Shown: positions 37,155 through 47,544, numbered from the stretch's first letter. The stretch: 64,000 nucleotides of DNA from a candidate division WOR-3 bacterium (GCA_039803205.1 JBDRYB010000008.1:1-64000); one strand, 5' to 3'. Numbers and translations: made by a program. Notes: generated from the sequence alone by a model not told the origin.

Positions 37155-38159
37155 ATGAAGCTCTGGCTTGACCTCGCTAATTCGCCTCATGCCCTGTTTT
37201 TCGCTCCAATAGTCAAGATATTGCAGGAGCAAGGCCATGAAGTCATGGCCACCAGCAGGCATTTCGGGAACACCCTTGAGGTAGCTAGGCTAATGGGTTT
37301 TGAACCCGTGGTGATAGGCCGGCACGCTGGCAGGGGATTCCTGAGGAAAACGGCGAACCTCGTCAGCCACGCGAGGCAGTTGGCAAAGTGGGCAAAAGAT
37401 AAGGGATTTGACCTCGCGTTGTCCCACAACTCCTACTCCCAGGCCGTCGCGGCCCGGTTGGCAAGGATCCCGTTCATAACATTCATGGACTACGAGGGAC
37501 AGCCCGCGAACAGGATAGCGTTCAGCCTCGCGAGAACAGTTTTCGTGCCTGAGGCTTTCCCCTCTGAGGCCGCCAAAAAGCAGGGGGCCAGAAGGGTAAT
37601 CCATTATCCCGGCTTCAAGGAGGAGGTTTATCTGGCTGATTACAGACCCGGCCCTTCGCCATACGAGGAGATGGGCCTTGGCCCTGATGAGATAGTTGCT
37701 CTGGCCAGGGGCCCAGCGACCTACGCCGCATACGGGAAGGAAAACAGGGTTTTCGTCTCTGTGGTTGAGGGGCTCATCTCAAAGGGGATAAGGGTCGTGC
37801 TTTTGCCGAGAACGCCGGAGCAGGCTGATTGGGGAGCTAGGAGAGGGGCCCTCATACCGAAAGTTGCCTACTATGGCCCTGATCTCGTCTGGCACGCGGA
37901 CATGGTCATAGGCGCTGGAGGAACGATAACGAGGGAGGCGGCCCTGCTAGGGGTTCCATCATACACGGTTTTCTCAGGCAAGTTGGGGGCGGTGGATGCG
38001 AGGCTCGTGGAGATGGGCCTCCTTGCTGATTTGAGAGATGGGGATGCTTCGCGTATCCGGCAGGAAAAGAAGGGTATCGCCTATCCGAGGCAATTAAACC
38101 AGGCCCTTAAAACCCTTGTTGCCGAAATGCTCATAGAGGTGGCAAGCGAGTTCACCTAG
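37155..38159 (+). CDS. DUF354 family (GT-B-like) protein
   Basis: WLDLANSPH, IGRH, SHNS, PGFKE, GAGGTITREAALLGVP. Confidence 0.8.
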   Translation: MKLWLDLANSPHALFFAPIVKILQEQGHEVMATSRHFGNTLEVARLMGFEPVVIGRHAGRGFLRKTANLVSHARQLAKWAKDKGFDLALSHNSYSQAVAARLARIPFITFMDYEGQPANRIAFSLARTVFVPEAFPSEAAKKQGARRVIHYPGFKEEVYLADYRPGPSPYEEMGLGPDEIVALARGPATYAAYGKENRVFVSVVEGLISKGIRVVLLPRTPEQADWGARRGALIPKVAYYGPDLVWHADMVIGAGGTITREAALLGVPSYTVFSGKLGAVDARLVEMGLLADLRDGDASRIRQEKKGIAYPRQLNQALKTLVAEMLIEVASEFT

Positions 38160-39025
38160 TATATCCTCTTCGGTTGAACCCCTGCTGGAAGCCAGGAGCC
38201 TATGCCTATGAAATCCCCATCTGGGCCGTAGACCCTGACACGCTCAAATGCCTTCACCCGGGGGGGCCTCTCTTTTATGCCCGAGGATGAAACCCTGTTC
38301 CCCTTTATGAAAACAGCCGCACCAGCTTGGGTAAGGTGAACTGGCGGGTAATGCGCTAGAGCGTGATCGGGTGGCAGAATAGCCTTTGCTAGGTTTGGAT
38401 CCTCTGGGCTCACGGCGTTCTCAATAGTGAAGTGTCCAACCCTTGTCCTAACCAAGCTTTCAACTATACCAAGGGTTCCGAGCCTCTCCGCGAGGTCCCT
38501 AGCGAGGGCCCTTATGTATGTTCCCTTTGATACAATGGCCCTCAGAACGAATCCTTCCTTCTTCATCTCAATCAAATCTAGCTCGTGGACGAAAACCCTC
38601 TTCGGTTTCGTGTGAACCCTTATTCCATCCCTCGCCAGATCGTATAACCTCTCTCCCTTAATCTTCACCGCTGAGAAGGGGGGCGGAACCTGCTGTATCT
38701 CTCCCGTGAACTCTGAAAGAGCGTTGGTTATATCTTCCTCCGTGATGGGTGGAACTTCCTTTTTTGCCAGGACCTCGCCTTCCCCATCAAGGGTATCCGT
38801 TGAAATTCCGAGCCTTATTGTCGCGATGTATTCCTTTTCCAGCTCGGATACAAAGCCTATTAGCTTAGTAGCCCTTCCCAACCCAACGACCAAAACGCCC
38901 GTCGCGTGCGGATCAAGGGTCCCGGCATGGCCAGCCTTTTTAACTCCAAGGGACCTCCTTATCGCATCTACAACCTGGAATGATGAGGGGCCTCGGGGCT
39001 TGTTGATGTTAAGGAACCCTTCCAT
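38156..39025 (-). CDS. truB: tRNA pseudouridine(55) synthase
   Basis: INKPRG, GHAGTLDP, QVPPPFSAVK, SKGTYIR; ATG 39025. Confidence 0.95.
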   Translation of the reverse strand: MEGFLNINKPRGPSSFQVVDAIRRSLGVKKAGHAGTLDPHATGVLVVGLGRATKLIGFVSELEKEYIATIRLGISTDTLDGEGEVLAKKEVPPITEEDITNALSEFTGEIQQVPPPFSAVKIKGERLYDLARDGIRVHTKPKRVFVHELDLIEMKKEGFVLRAIVSKGTYIRALARDLAERLGTLGIVESLVRTRVGHFTIENAVSPEDPNLAKAILPPDHALAHYPPVHLTQAGAAVFIKGNRVSSSGIKERPPRVKAFERVRVYGPDGDFIGIGSWLPAGVQPKRIY

Positions 39026-39059
39026 AAAGTGTTGATTGCTCGCAAAGGGCATAAACCGT

Positions 39060-39344
39060 TTAAGTCTCCTCCGGGACAAAGGTGAGCCTCGGAACCCATC
39101 TGAGCCTTATCTCTTGTGCGATTCGCGATCTCAGAAAGCCCTTCGCGCGCTCAAGCGCTGAGGCCGCTCCCTCCCAATCTGCCGCGGCTGAATAATAAAC
39201 GATCGCCTCCTGGCCCCTGTTCACGAGCTCAACCCTGAGGATAGTGACCACAGAAAGCCCTTCATCCTTTGCCTCGTATAGAATGGTCTCTGAGAGAACT
39301 CTCGCTATCTCGTGCGCTAGCCGGCCTGATTGGATAGGGTTCAT
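39060..39344 (-). CDS. rbfA: Ribosome-binding factor A
   Basis: AKGFLRSRIA...LRWVPRLTF; upstream of truB. Confidence 0.85.
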   Translation of the reverse strand: MNPIQSGRLAHEIARVLSETILYEAKDEGLSVVTILRVELVNRGQEAIVYYSAAADWEGAASALERAKGFLRSRIAQEIRLRWVPRLTFVPEET

Positions 39345-39370
39345 GAAGGGCGATATTATAATCCGAACTG

Positions 39371-40147
39371 TTAGCGTGTATCACAGATCTCTTTGAGCCA
39401 CTTTATAGCACCCTTGGTCTTCTTCCAAATGCCCTTCTGGAGATGAGCCACATCCGCGGCTTCATCCTCTCCGCCCACAACAACTTTATCCGGAACGGTG
39501 CGCGGTATTCGCTTTTCACCCGTGAGATACGGTGGAACATGGGGATTGTATTTCAGTGCCTTCCTCAGGGCTTTCCTTGATTCTTGCGAGTCTCCCCAAC
39601 GCTTGAACGCCCACAAGGCCTTTCCATAGAGCAGATCGGGCGTTATGTCGTCCGGATACCTCTTAAAGAGCTCCTCAAGCTCTTCGTCCCTTTCGAGGAG
39701 GTGAAGGCAAACGACCAATAGGCACCTTACACCCTGATTATCTGACGGATTAAGCCTGAGCATCTCCCAAAATATCTCAGCGGCCGCGGCCGTATCCCCT
39801 TTTTCCCAGAAGCATATCCCGAGACCCTTGAGAGCGCGCATAAATGGTCTCGTCTCCAGGACTCCCCAAAAGCCTCCGACGAGGCTATCAAAGTCATACA
39901 TCCTCTCTATGCTTCGGCGTCCTGCTTTAACCCCCTTTTTGAACATTTCAATTTTTTCCTCGAGATTCCTCGCCTCACTCGTGGCAAGAATCACATAAGC
40001 GTCCGCGCAATCAGGGTATATCTTGAGAGCCCTCTTGGCCAGCCTCACCCTTGTTTCTGTGTCGGGCGCGTCCCATGCCTCATAAATAAGCTCCTGCGCC
40101 ATTTCCATGCGCTCCATCCAACCAGCAAAATCCTCCGAATTCTTCAT
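39371..40147 (-). CDS. TPR-containing hypothetical protein
   Basis: AQELIYEAW, DCADAY, ETRPFMRA, LNPSDNQGVR, NPHVP. Confidence 0.7.
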   Translation of the reverse strand: MKNSEDFAGWMERMEMAQELIYEAWDAPDTETRVRLAKRALKIYPDCADAYVILATSEARNLEEKIEMFKKGVKAGRRSIERMYDFDSLVGGFWGVLETRPFMRALKGLGICFWEKGDTAAAAEIFWEMLRLNPSDNQGVRCLLVVCLHLLERDEELEELFKRYPDDITPDLLYGKALWAFKRWGDSQESRKALRKALKYNPHVPPYLTGEKRIPRTVPDKVVVGGEDEAADVAHLQKGIWKKTKGAIKWLKEICDTR

Positions 40148-40257
40148 GCTAGCGAGATCATAACCGATCTTCTGCTAATGATACCCCATCGGGTTTTCTT
40201 GGCCCCAGCGAATGAGAATCCGCTAAATTGATGAGATCAATTGAGAATCGCTCGGGC

Positions 40258-41148
40258 CTACCACCCTCTCGTCTGCAGGAGCTCGTCCTCCTTCATCCTG
40301 GAAACATCAAGGCCAGGCATGGCGGAACCGAGGCCCCTTGAAACCTCCGCTATCTTCTTCGGGTCATCATAGTATGTAGTTGCTATTACTATGGCCCTCG
40401 CCATCTTCGCCGGGTTCTCTGACTTGAATATTCCTGAACCAACGAAGACGGACTCAGCTCCGAGCTGGCGCATGAGCGCCGCGTCCGCCGGGGTTGCTAT
40501 GCCGCCTGCCGCGAAATTCGGGACCGGAAGCCTGCCGTGCTCGTGAACATATTTGACGAGCTCGTAAGGGGCCTGGAGCTCCTTTGCCGCGGCCATTAGC
40601 TCGTCCGGCCTCAGCTGGGTCAAGGCCTTTATTCCCTTCATGACCATGCGCATGTGCCTCACCGCTTCAACCACATTCCCTGTCCCAGCCTCGCCTTTTG
40701 TCCTTATCATTGCCGCGCCTTCGCCTATGCGCCGAAGGGCCTCACCTAGGTTTCTGCATCCGCAGACAAAAGGCACATCAAAAGCGTGCTTGTCTATGTG
40801 GTGTTCCTCGTCAGCAGGGGTTAGAACCTCGCTCTCGTCTATGAAGTCAACCCCAAGGGCCTCAAGAACTTGGGCCTCCACGAAGTGGCCTATCCTGACC
40901 TTTGCCATTACTGGGATTGAGACCGCATCCATGATCTTCAGGATGATCTCAGGGTCAGCCATCCTCGCGACGCCACCCTCCTTCCTTATGTCAGCAGGAA
41001 CCCTCTCAAGCGCCATGACCGCGACAGCACCAGCATCCTCGGCGATCCTGGCCTGCTCAGGTGTTGTCACATCCATTATGACCCCGCCTTTTAGCATCTC
41101 AGCGAGGCCTACCTTAACCTCCCAGGTGTTCTTCTTTTTCTCGGCCAT
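40258..41148 (-). CDS. pdxS: Pyridoxal 5'-phosphate synthase lyase subunit
   Basis: [47 protein letters not shown]-terminal RGW; AGGAG RBS before ATG 41148. Confidence 0.97.
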   Translation of the reverse strand: MAEKKKNTWEVKVGLAEMLKGGVIMDVTTPEQARIAEDAGAVAVMALERVPADIRKEGGVARMADPEIILKIMDAVSIPVMAKVRIGHFVEAQVLEALGVDFIDESEVLTPADEEHHIDKHAFDVPFVCGCRNLGEALRRIGEGAAMIRTKGEAGTGNVVEAVRHMRMVMKGIKALTQLRPDELMAAAKELQAPYELVKYVHEHGRLPVPNFAAGGIATPADAALMRQLGAESVFVGSGIFKSENPAKMARAIVIATTYYDDPKKIAEVSRGLGSAMPGLDVSRMKEDELLQTRGW

Positions 41149-41254
41149 GGTTATTCTCCTCTTTAGGGTTATATTATAATGGATGCGCAGAAGCTTTTGC
41201 ACCTCGCATAGGATAGTGGTGGCAGGAGGAGTCAAAGAGCTATAATTTGGGCTT

Positions 41255-41797
41255 ATGAGGATTGAGATCAAGGAAAGCACGACTATATTCAAGGGAGGAT
41301 TGCTCACCCTCAAGAGGGACAAGATAGCGGTTCCAGGAGGCAGGGAGGCGGACAGGGAATATGTAGTCTTCGGACGTTCTGTGCTCGTAATCCCGGCCCT
41401 TGACCAAGATAAGCTTGTCCTCGTCAATCAGTATCGCCATCCAACAGGGGATTTCCTCCTTGAGCTCCCAGCAGGAAAGGTTGACGAGGGCGAGAGCCCT
41501 GAGAGCGCCGCGGCGCGAGAGCTTTTGGAGGAAACGGGATTCAGGCCAGAGAAACTCACTCGCTTCGGAGAATTTTACCTCGCGCCAGGCTATTCGACGG
41601 AGCTTATGACCGGGTTCCTGGCAGAGGGTCTAGTTCGTGCCGACGGTAATCCCGATCCGGATGAGATCCTTTCAAATGTGATTTTGACCAGAGATGAGGT
41701 CATATCAGGCCTCAGAGAAGCCAGGTTCCGGGACGCGAAAACAATACTTGGATTGCTATGGTGGGTTGCGAAGGATTTTCTTCCCACTAAGACATAA
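41255..41797 (+). CDS. nudF: ADP-ribose pyrophosphatase (NUDIX)
   Basis: QYRHP, ELPAG, NUDIX box [18 protein letters not shown]. Confidence 0.85.
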   Translation: MRIEIKESTTIFKGGLLTLKRDKIAVPGGREADREYVVFGRSVLVIPALDQDKLVLVNQYRHPTGDFLLELPAGKVDEGESPESAAARELLEETGFRPEKLTRFGEFYLAPGYSTELMTGFLAEGLVRADGNPDPDEILSNVILTRDEVISGLREARFRDAKTILGLLWWVAKDFLPTKT

Positions 41798-41810
41798 AGG
41801 AATCCGCTTA

Positions 41811-43826
41811 TCAGTAACCACCTATCTCTTCAACCCATTTCTGGCGCCCTGGCCTCTCCCCGTCCCAATACCACCAGTCCTCGTCCGAAAGCCTCTCTGA
41901 TACTGGGTGTTTGAACTCGTAGTAGCTGAAGCACGCGCCCTCCGCGATATATGGTTTCCCGTCTATGAGAACGAGAACCCCTATCCAGGCCGGGTCCCCT
42001 ACCCCGACCTCAAGGCACATCATAGAGTTCGGGTCAGTGAGGACATCGGCTATCACCGGAAATCTTTCATCACGATCGCTTATCTTGTCCATTGCATCCC
42101 AATCGTAACGGGATGCCGTCCTGAGCCTGCTGGGAATGTCCCACAGCCAGAGGTGATCCTCCTCGCTGAGGCCCTTTTTCTGCTTATCCGCTATCTTCGC
42201 CAGGGAATCCGACAAAGCGGAGAACTCCTTGCACTTTTCTTTTACCTTTGGCATATCGGGGAAGGCCTTGCTCAACTCCAAAGCGAACCTCGCGCCAGCG
42301 GAGTAAAGCCCCCCCGCATCCTCTAAATAAGCCAACTTGAGCTTCTGCTTTCTGGGTGGAGGGCCTTCAAATGGCTCGGCTGAACCCGCTTGTGCTCCGT
42401 ATGGCTGTTTCGCGTATAGGATGTAATCGTGCTTGATCTGCGCCCAGCTTCCGAGGGATGTAAGAAGGATCTTCAACTCCCATGCTTTTGGGTTCACGGT
42501 TGACGGCGGATTGTCTTCCCTCAGGTATTCCGAGATCATGGTGAGCCAGAGGAGATAATTGTTCCCCTCTTTCCGTTCATTTGCCCACCACTGCCTCATT
42601 TTCGCCATCTGCTCCTGATAGTTTGCATAATCCGCGTCCCCCTCGGCCTTTATTATCTCCAGGGCCCTTTCATTTCCTAGAGCGGCCATGACATCAAGTC
42701 CCCTCGCGAAACAGCGCTGGGGCCCGAGTGGGGTTTCCACTAATGTAAAGGGTTTGTCCTTGCCCGTGTAGTCTTTGACCCTGTCGTAGATGAGCTCTTG
42801 CAGGATGTAGGCATCCGGAACGGATCGCTGGCCCATGAACCTGTATGTCACGGGTATCTCCATGGGCTTGCCGGGGAGTGAATATGCGAGGCCCGAGAGT
42901 ATCTTCGGCGGCTTCATCCTACCAGCAGAATCAGCTATGGCCCTAATATCCTTTTCCCCGAGCCTTGACGGATCCCTTTGACCCAAAATTGAAGCGATCT
43001 CAACGGGGTTCGGGTCATCCGAGGGCCCGGAGATGAATGACATGCCCCTCTCTACCTCTTGCCAGGACGAGAACAGATCCTTCCTCTGGGTTAGAGCATA
43101 AGCCTGGAGCAGGGCGGCCCTCGCTTGGATGGGATCATATGGGCTCAGGGAGAACCCCATGCTACCGAACCACATCATAGCGAGGAAATACCGTGTAAGA
43201 TCCGGACTCGCCGTGTAGTGGCCCCTCGGGATGAACTGGGAGTAGTCCGCTTTTGTCCCAAAGGCTGGGGACTCAGCAAATCCTTGGGCTGCTCCCACGA
43301 GAGAGAGCTCATCATCAACTATCTCTTTTATTTCCCTCGGCAAGCTGGGGAGTTCCCCGCCGATTAGGGCTAGGCCAACCGCGAAATAAGCCGCATTTAG
43401 AAGCCAGGCCTTCTTCCAATCCCCCTTTGCTTTTTTGTATTCCGAGAGGGAAAGCCCAAGCATTCCGCTCGCGAGCTTCTCAACCCTGGGCAGAAGGTAA
43501 TCCACCTCAGCGAGCCTCAGCGTGTAATCAAGGAGCCTGTGTAGGGAGTGAAGGTATAGATCCGCGGTTATGAATATAGGGCCATCGGCGTAAAGAACCT
43601 CCTCGTCTGCTATCCTGTCGTATATCTCGTAAATGTCCTCATCGCGAGAGGGCTTTACCAGAAACCCGTTCTCGGAAAGGAGCGCTTTGTCCTTCCCTTC
43701 TTCCAGGATGTGACTCATGTCCTTCTTGCTGAGAGCATCCTTGAGCATGGCATTTTTTCCTCCCTTTTCAGCGCAGGCCACAGCGGGCACTGCCGCCAGA
43801 AGAATCAGGATCAGGTTCTTGTTCAT
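41811..43826 (-). CDS. DUF3160 family lipoprotein
   Basis: Lipobox AVAC, FITADL, DYSQFIPRGHY, FMGQR, SWAQIKHDYILYAKQ, IADV, SYYEF. Confidence 0.85.
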   Translation of the reverse strand: MNKNLILILLAAVPAVACAEKGGKNAMLKDALSKKDMSHILEEGKDKALLSENGFLVKPSRDEDIYEIYDRIADEEVLYADGPIFITADLYLHSLHRLLDYTLRLAEVDYLLPRVEKLASGMLGLSLSEYKKAKGDWKKAWLLNAAYFAVGLALIGGELPSLPREIKEIVDDELSLVGAAQGFAESPAFGTKADYSQFIPRGHYTASPDLTRYFLAMMWFGSMGFSLSPYDPIQARAALLQAYALTQRKDLFSSWQEVERGMSFISGPSDDPNPVEIASILGQRDPSRLGEKDIRAIADSAGRMKPPKILSGLAYSLPGKPMEIPVTYRFMGQRSVPDAYILQELIYDRVKDYTGKDKPFTLVETPLGPQRCFARGLDVMAALGNERALEIIKAEGDADYANYQEQMAKMRQWWANERKEGNNYLLWLTMISEYLREDNPPSTVNPKAWELKILLTSLGSWAQIKHDYILYAKQPYGAQAGSAEPFEGPPPRKQKLKLAYLEDAGGLYSAGARFALELSKAFPDMPKVKEKCKEFSALSDSLAKIADKQKKGLSEEDHLWLWDIPSRLRTASRYDWDAMDKISDRDERFPVIADVLTDPNSMMCLEVGVGDPAWIGVLVLIDGKPYIAEGACFSYYEFKHPVSERLSDEDWWYWDGERPGRQKWVEEIGGY

Positions 43827-43947
43827 AATTAGAATTATAACACGGGAAGCCGGGAGCTTTCAAGAGATCAGGGGTTGAGAGATCATTGCAAATTTTGGCC
43901 AATCTCCGGGTATTGCGGACTGGCCCCACCATAATAGCCCTCCATGG

Positions 43948-44200
43948 TAAAATATGGGCGTGAAACAAACAACCAAGAGGAGCAAAAGGAGGTTCAAGGT
44001 TAAGAAAGATACTATTGCTCCAGATGTTCAATAACATTCATGGTTTATCCATAGGGAATAACCCACAGGCAATTCACGGCCAGATGGACTTCATGGTCGC
44101 TCTCCAGCAATAGAGCTCGGCTCATTCCGGCCCGGTGATCTGGGGTTATAACTCCCTAAAGATGAGAAGGGAAAGTTCTATCTCAAGCTAGCCAAAAGTT
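43948..44200 (+). pseudogene. Possible decayed gene or small ORF
   Basis: TGnTAAAAT -10, 24-aa ORF 43960-44034, an AAGGAGG followed by non-start TTA then RKILLL, and broken frames. Confidence 0.2.
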
Positions 44201-44247
44201 GCAGAGACCCCTGGCCTGTCCACTATAATTTGTTGATCGGAGGTTTT

Positions 44248-44592
44248 ATGCTTTTCAAGAGAACCCTCATTGCAACGATAATGGGATTCCTGACAGGCCT
44301 CTTCTGTGCCTGGGGCTATACCAGGACCCCAAACATGGAGTTTGGATTCTGGGTTCTGGCGTCTGTGATCGCGTCCAGGACCGTCGCTGGTTTCGCAATA
44401 GGCATATCCCGTTGGAAGATGCCCTGGTGGCTCCACGGCCCAGTTCTCGGCGCGATATTCGGCCTTCCCCTTTCCCTTCCCCCGCTCAGCACTGGCATGA
44501 ACGGCTTCTACATGCTCATGGGCGCATCAATCGTCTACGGTTTCCTGATTGAGCTCGTCACGAGCGTTATCTTCAGGGCAAAGCAGAAATAG
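44248..44592 (+). CDS. Small four-TM membrane protein
   Basis: TATAAT plus GGAGG upstream; four hydrophobic helices. Confidence 0.7.
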   Translation: MLFKRTLIATIMGFLTGLFCAWGYTRTPNMEFGFWVLASVIASRTVAGFAIGISRWKMPWWLHGPVLGAIFGLPLSLPPLSTGMNGFYMLMGASIVYGFLIELVTSVIFRAKQK

Positions 44593-45852
44593 CTATCGGA
44601 TAACAACTTTTCTCACAACCTCTGTGCCGCCCTTCTCCATTTGAACGAGGAAAACCCCAGCTTTCATCCCCCTTATTAAGAGCTCCTCGGCCTCGGTTTC
44701 ACAGGCAAAGAGCCTTTTCCCAGTGGCATCGTAGACCCTCACAGATAGGCCAGGAGGCCCTTTGATCTTTATGGCGTTGCCGAGGCCAATAGCTGTCCAT
44801 CTGGTTGTCTCCTCCTGCTTCTGGTCAGATACCAGCGCTTTGGCCCCTGTTTTCTGCCAGAATGTCGTGTAGCGGTAGGGAGGAATGGCAAAGGCTGTAT
44901 CAGTGGATGTGGCATAGGCAGAGTGAGTGTGGGGAGTTTTTGCGCCACCCCCACCGAGATCATCAACCCATGCGCCTCCGCCGCTTGGTTGGACGGTAAT
45001 GGAGCTGATCCCGTGGGCGTGGAAAAGTGAGCCACCGGCCGTAAGAGCGTTTGCCGGCGTGCACCCGCGCGGAAAGCGTCGGCCCGCGTTCAGTGTATCA
45101 AAGCTTTCCCATGTCCCTATCTCTGAGCTCCCTGACGGCGGAGCGTCAAACATGGCTATGGCGCCCACTGGAACATCCTCTATCCACGCCTCGTTTCTGG
45201 CGAATATAACATGAACATAGGGAGGGAGGTTGTCAGAGGTGGCGGTAGAACCGGTAAAATTGTGCGTATGGCAGCCAGAGACAACGGCACTTCCTGAATT
45301 AAAGATCATGGGAGTTGGATCACCTGTGGATCCCGAGAAGGTGTGAAAATGGGTTGTGCTTCCACTCTTGGCCCAGGGCGTAAGAGAACCCCTTGGGAAG
45401 GAGTCAACCAGGATTACGGTCCAGCCAGGAGGAGGCTCCTGGGTGAACATCATCACGACTCCAGCGGGAAGCCCTGTATCCTCCTGTGGTTTTCTTATAA
45501 CCACAAAATTCCGATAGGGCGGGATGTGGGATGAAGCATTTATGGTGCCGGTCGACCAGAAGCTATGCGTGTGATATGCTGGGGCCGCGAGGGTTCCACC
45601 TCCACCTCTACCGTGTATACCAGAACCACCTGCTTCAATGGAGCCATATATCCTCGTGTGGTTGTGGGTGTTTGACCCACCTGTTATCCCGACCGAATCC
45701 CCCGGGCATCCGCGGGGAAACCTTCCCACGAAGGATGAGTCTACGACCCAGCCGTTTGGCGTGGATGGCCGAGTTGTTTGGATGATCCCAGGGTATTCCC
45801 AAAAAACCATCATCCCATCGGGAACCGTTGAGAGAACAAAGGCTATTAACAT
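44593..45852 (-). CDS. Secreted protein with three phage tail-collar/fibre-tip-like repeats and T9SS-like CTD
   Basis: 3x [V/L]PxG..F..GW..FPRG..HxH..HTH..PPY; CTD VYDATGK...AGVFLV...KVVIR; AGGAGG RBS. Confidence 0.75.
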   Translation of the reverse strand: MLIAFVLSTVPDGMMVFWEYPGIIQTTRPSTPNGWVVDSSFVGRFPRGCPGDSVGITGGSNTHNHTRIYGSIEAGGSGIHGRGGGGTLAAPAYHTHSFWSTGTINASSHIPPYRNFVVIRKPQEDTGLPAGVVMMFTQEPPPGWTVILVDSFPRGSLTPWAKSGSTTHFHTFSGSTGDPTPMIFNSGSAVVSGCHTHNFTGSTATSDNLPPYVHVIFARNEAWIEDVPVGAIAMFDAPPSGSSEIGTWESFDTLNAGRRFPRGCTPANALTAGGSLFHAHGISSITVQPSGGGAWVDDLGGGGAKTPHTHSAYATSTDTAFAIPPYRYTTFWQKTGAKALVSDQKQEETTRWTAIGLGNAIKIKGPPGLSVRVYDATGKRLFACETEAEELLIRGMKAGVFLVQMEKGGTEVVRKVVIR

Positions 45853-45882
45853 GTCGCCCTCCTCGTGTGCAAAATTATAAAG

Positions 45883-46413
45883 CTAGGAAGAGGGCCTCAT
45901 CCCCTCCGGAAGCTCATTGCCCCAGGAATTGTGGTGCGCCTTTTTGGCTTCAAACTGCGTCCTCGGCCCCTTTTCCTCATCGGGATAGCCTATTGATATG
46001 AGACAGAGAACCCTTATGCCCTCAGGAATGCCGAGGATCTCCCTCACCTCATCCTCGCATTTATCCCTCACCGCGAGCCAGCACGCGCCGAGGCCCTCCT
46101 CAACGCACTGGTTCAGGATGTTCTCGGTCATGGCTGAGGTATCCTCTATCCAGCGTTTGCCTATCCTTGGGTCTCCGCATACAACAAAGACAAGGGGTGC
46201 TCTTTTGGCCGGACTGAGACTATCATGGAGTCCCCCGAGCTTCCTGCATCTCTCCCGGTCATCAACCACTATGAGGTGCCAAGGCCTTGAGTTCACCGCT
46301 GAGGGCGCGGCGAACGCCGCGGCGAGGAGGTGTTTTATGGTTTCAGGTGGGACCGGATCCGGTTTATATTTCCTTATGCTCCTTCGGGCGAGTTGCGCTT
46401 CAAGGACCTTCAT
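45883..46413 (-). CDS. Nitroreductase family protein
   Basis: RRSIRKY, APSAVNSRPW, GLGACW, IGYP. Confidence 0.9.
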   Translation of the reverse strand: MKVLEAQLARRSIRKYKPDPVPPETIKHLLAAAFAAPSAVNSRPWHLIVVDDRERCRKLGGLHDSLSPAKRAPLVFVVCGDPRIGKRWIEDTSAMTENILNQCVEEGLGACWLAVRDKCEDEVREILGIPEGIRVLCLISIGYPDEEKGPRTQFEAKKAHHNSWGNELPEGMRPSS

Positions 46414-46702
46414 TTATGGCCTCCCTACACTCACACGGAGATTTCCCGCACTTCGGGCATCCGGCCTCGTATTTTCCGACCGCCTCATCCATGTCAATCC
46501 CAGCCAGGTTTGCGACCGTGAAAAGCCACGCCATTGCGTCAGCGAACTCCTCCTTTATCTCGTTACGGTTCCCTTTCCTCAGAGCCTTTGCCAGCTCGCC
46601 GATCTCCTCAACCATCCACCCAAATGTGGGCCAGAGACCCCTTTTGGCATCCTTCTCCCCATAGGTTTCCAGTATTTTCCTCTGAAAATCCCTTATCTCC
46701 AT
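46400..46702 (-). CDS. MazG-like nucleotide pyrophosphohydrolase with Cys-rich tail
   Basis: EEIGELA, EEFADA, CPKCGKSPCEC. Confidence 0.85.
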   Translation of the reverse strand: MEIRDFQRKILETYGEKDAKRGLWPTFGWMVEEIGELAKALRKGNRNEIKEEFADAMAWLFTVANLAGIDMDEAVGKYEAGCPKCGKSPCECREAINEGP

Positions 46703-47487
46703 AGGTTTATTATGAGGTAATAAGCAGGTATTGCAAAGAGCAAAGCGTCTATCCTGTCCAGGATCCCGCCGTGGCCAGGAAGGAGATGCGAGGAGTCCTT
46801 GACCCCAACGCTCCTCTTGACAGAGGATTCAAAGAAATCGCCGATATGGCCGACGAGTGCGATACCACCAGCTATTGCTATTGCCTTATACCAGGGCCAG
46901 CCGAGTAGCAGGTTGATGAGCGCCCCTGTAGCGCAAGCGAATATTAGGCCTCCTGCGAGCCCTTCCCAGCTCTTTTCCGGGCTTATGCGCGGGAGTATCC
47001 TGTGTTTGCGTTCTCCAAAAGCTCCGCCAACGAAGAAAGCAAATATGTCAAAAGCCCATATGACGAGGAAGGGAAAGGCAGATACCACAAAGGTCTCATT
47101 TTGTCGCAGGGAAATAGCAAGGGCGCCCGGAAGAACAGTGTAGAGGTATCCAGTGACCGAGAGGCTCGCATCTCGCCAGTCCCTTCCATCTCCCGCGAGG
47201 AACGGGTGTATTCCAAAGAGCACGAAAACCGTTGCCAGGACCAGAAGGAGCGCGCCCGGGTCCATTCCCCTGTAATGCGCGTAAACCATCAGGATAATTC
47301 CGGCGGCCATTCCCGTGAAACGATAAGGCCTTGCTCCCCCTGCTTGAGCAAGGCCGTAGAACTCCCACTGAGCGCCCAAGACGAAGAGCACGATGCCGAG
47401 GCTGAAGGCCTCACCTCCTATCCAAAGCAGAAGAGCAAAGACTATGCCCAGGGCGGCACCGACGACTATCCTCAGGAATAGGCTCAA
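46693..47487 (-). CDS. cdsA: Phosphatidate cytidylyltransferase
   Basis: ISPEKSWEG, GDFFESSVKR..GVKDS..LPGHGGILDRID. Confidence 0.93.
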   Translation of the reverse strand: MSLFLRIVVGAALGIVFALLLWIGGEAFSLGIVLFVLGAQWEFYGLAQAGGARPYRFTGMAAGIILMVYAHYRGMDPGALLLVLATVFVLFGIHPFLAGDGRDWRDASLSVTGYLYTVLPGALAISLRQNETFVVSAFPFLVIWAFDIFAFFVGGAFGERKHRILPRISPEKSWEGLAGGLIFACATGALINLLLGWPWYKAIAIAGGIALVGHIGDFFESSVKRSVGVKDSSHLLPGHGGILDRIDALLFAIPAYYLIINLWR

Positions 47488-47544
47488 GAGGAAATTATAT
47501 TGCAGGAGGACTGGTTGGGTAAAATTGAAACCTCAAGGCCAGGG

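Noticed and set aside
19700..45852. Prophage or tailocin suggested by tail-fibre-like proteins
   Set aside because: No capsid, terminase, sheath, baseplate, integrase or lysis genes; the fibres carry export signals and sit among housekeeping genes
45998..46720. Long antisense ORFs (240 aa here; also 62789-63457 and 62935-63621)
   Set aside because: They shadow well-supported genes on the opposite strand and have S/P/R-rich, non-protein-like composition
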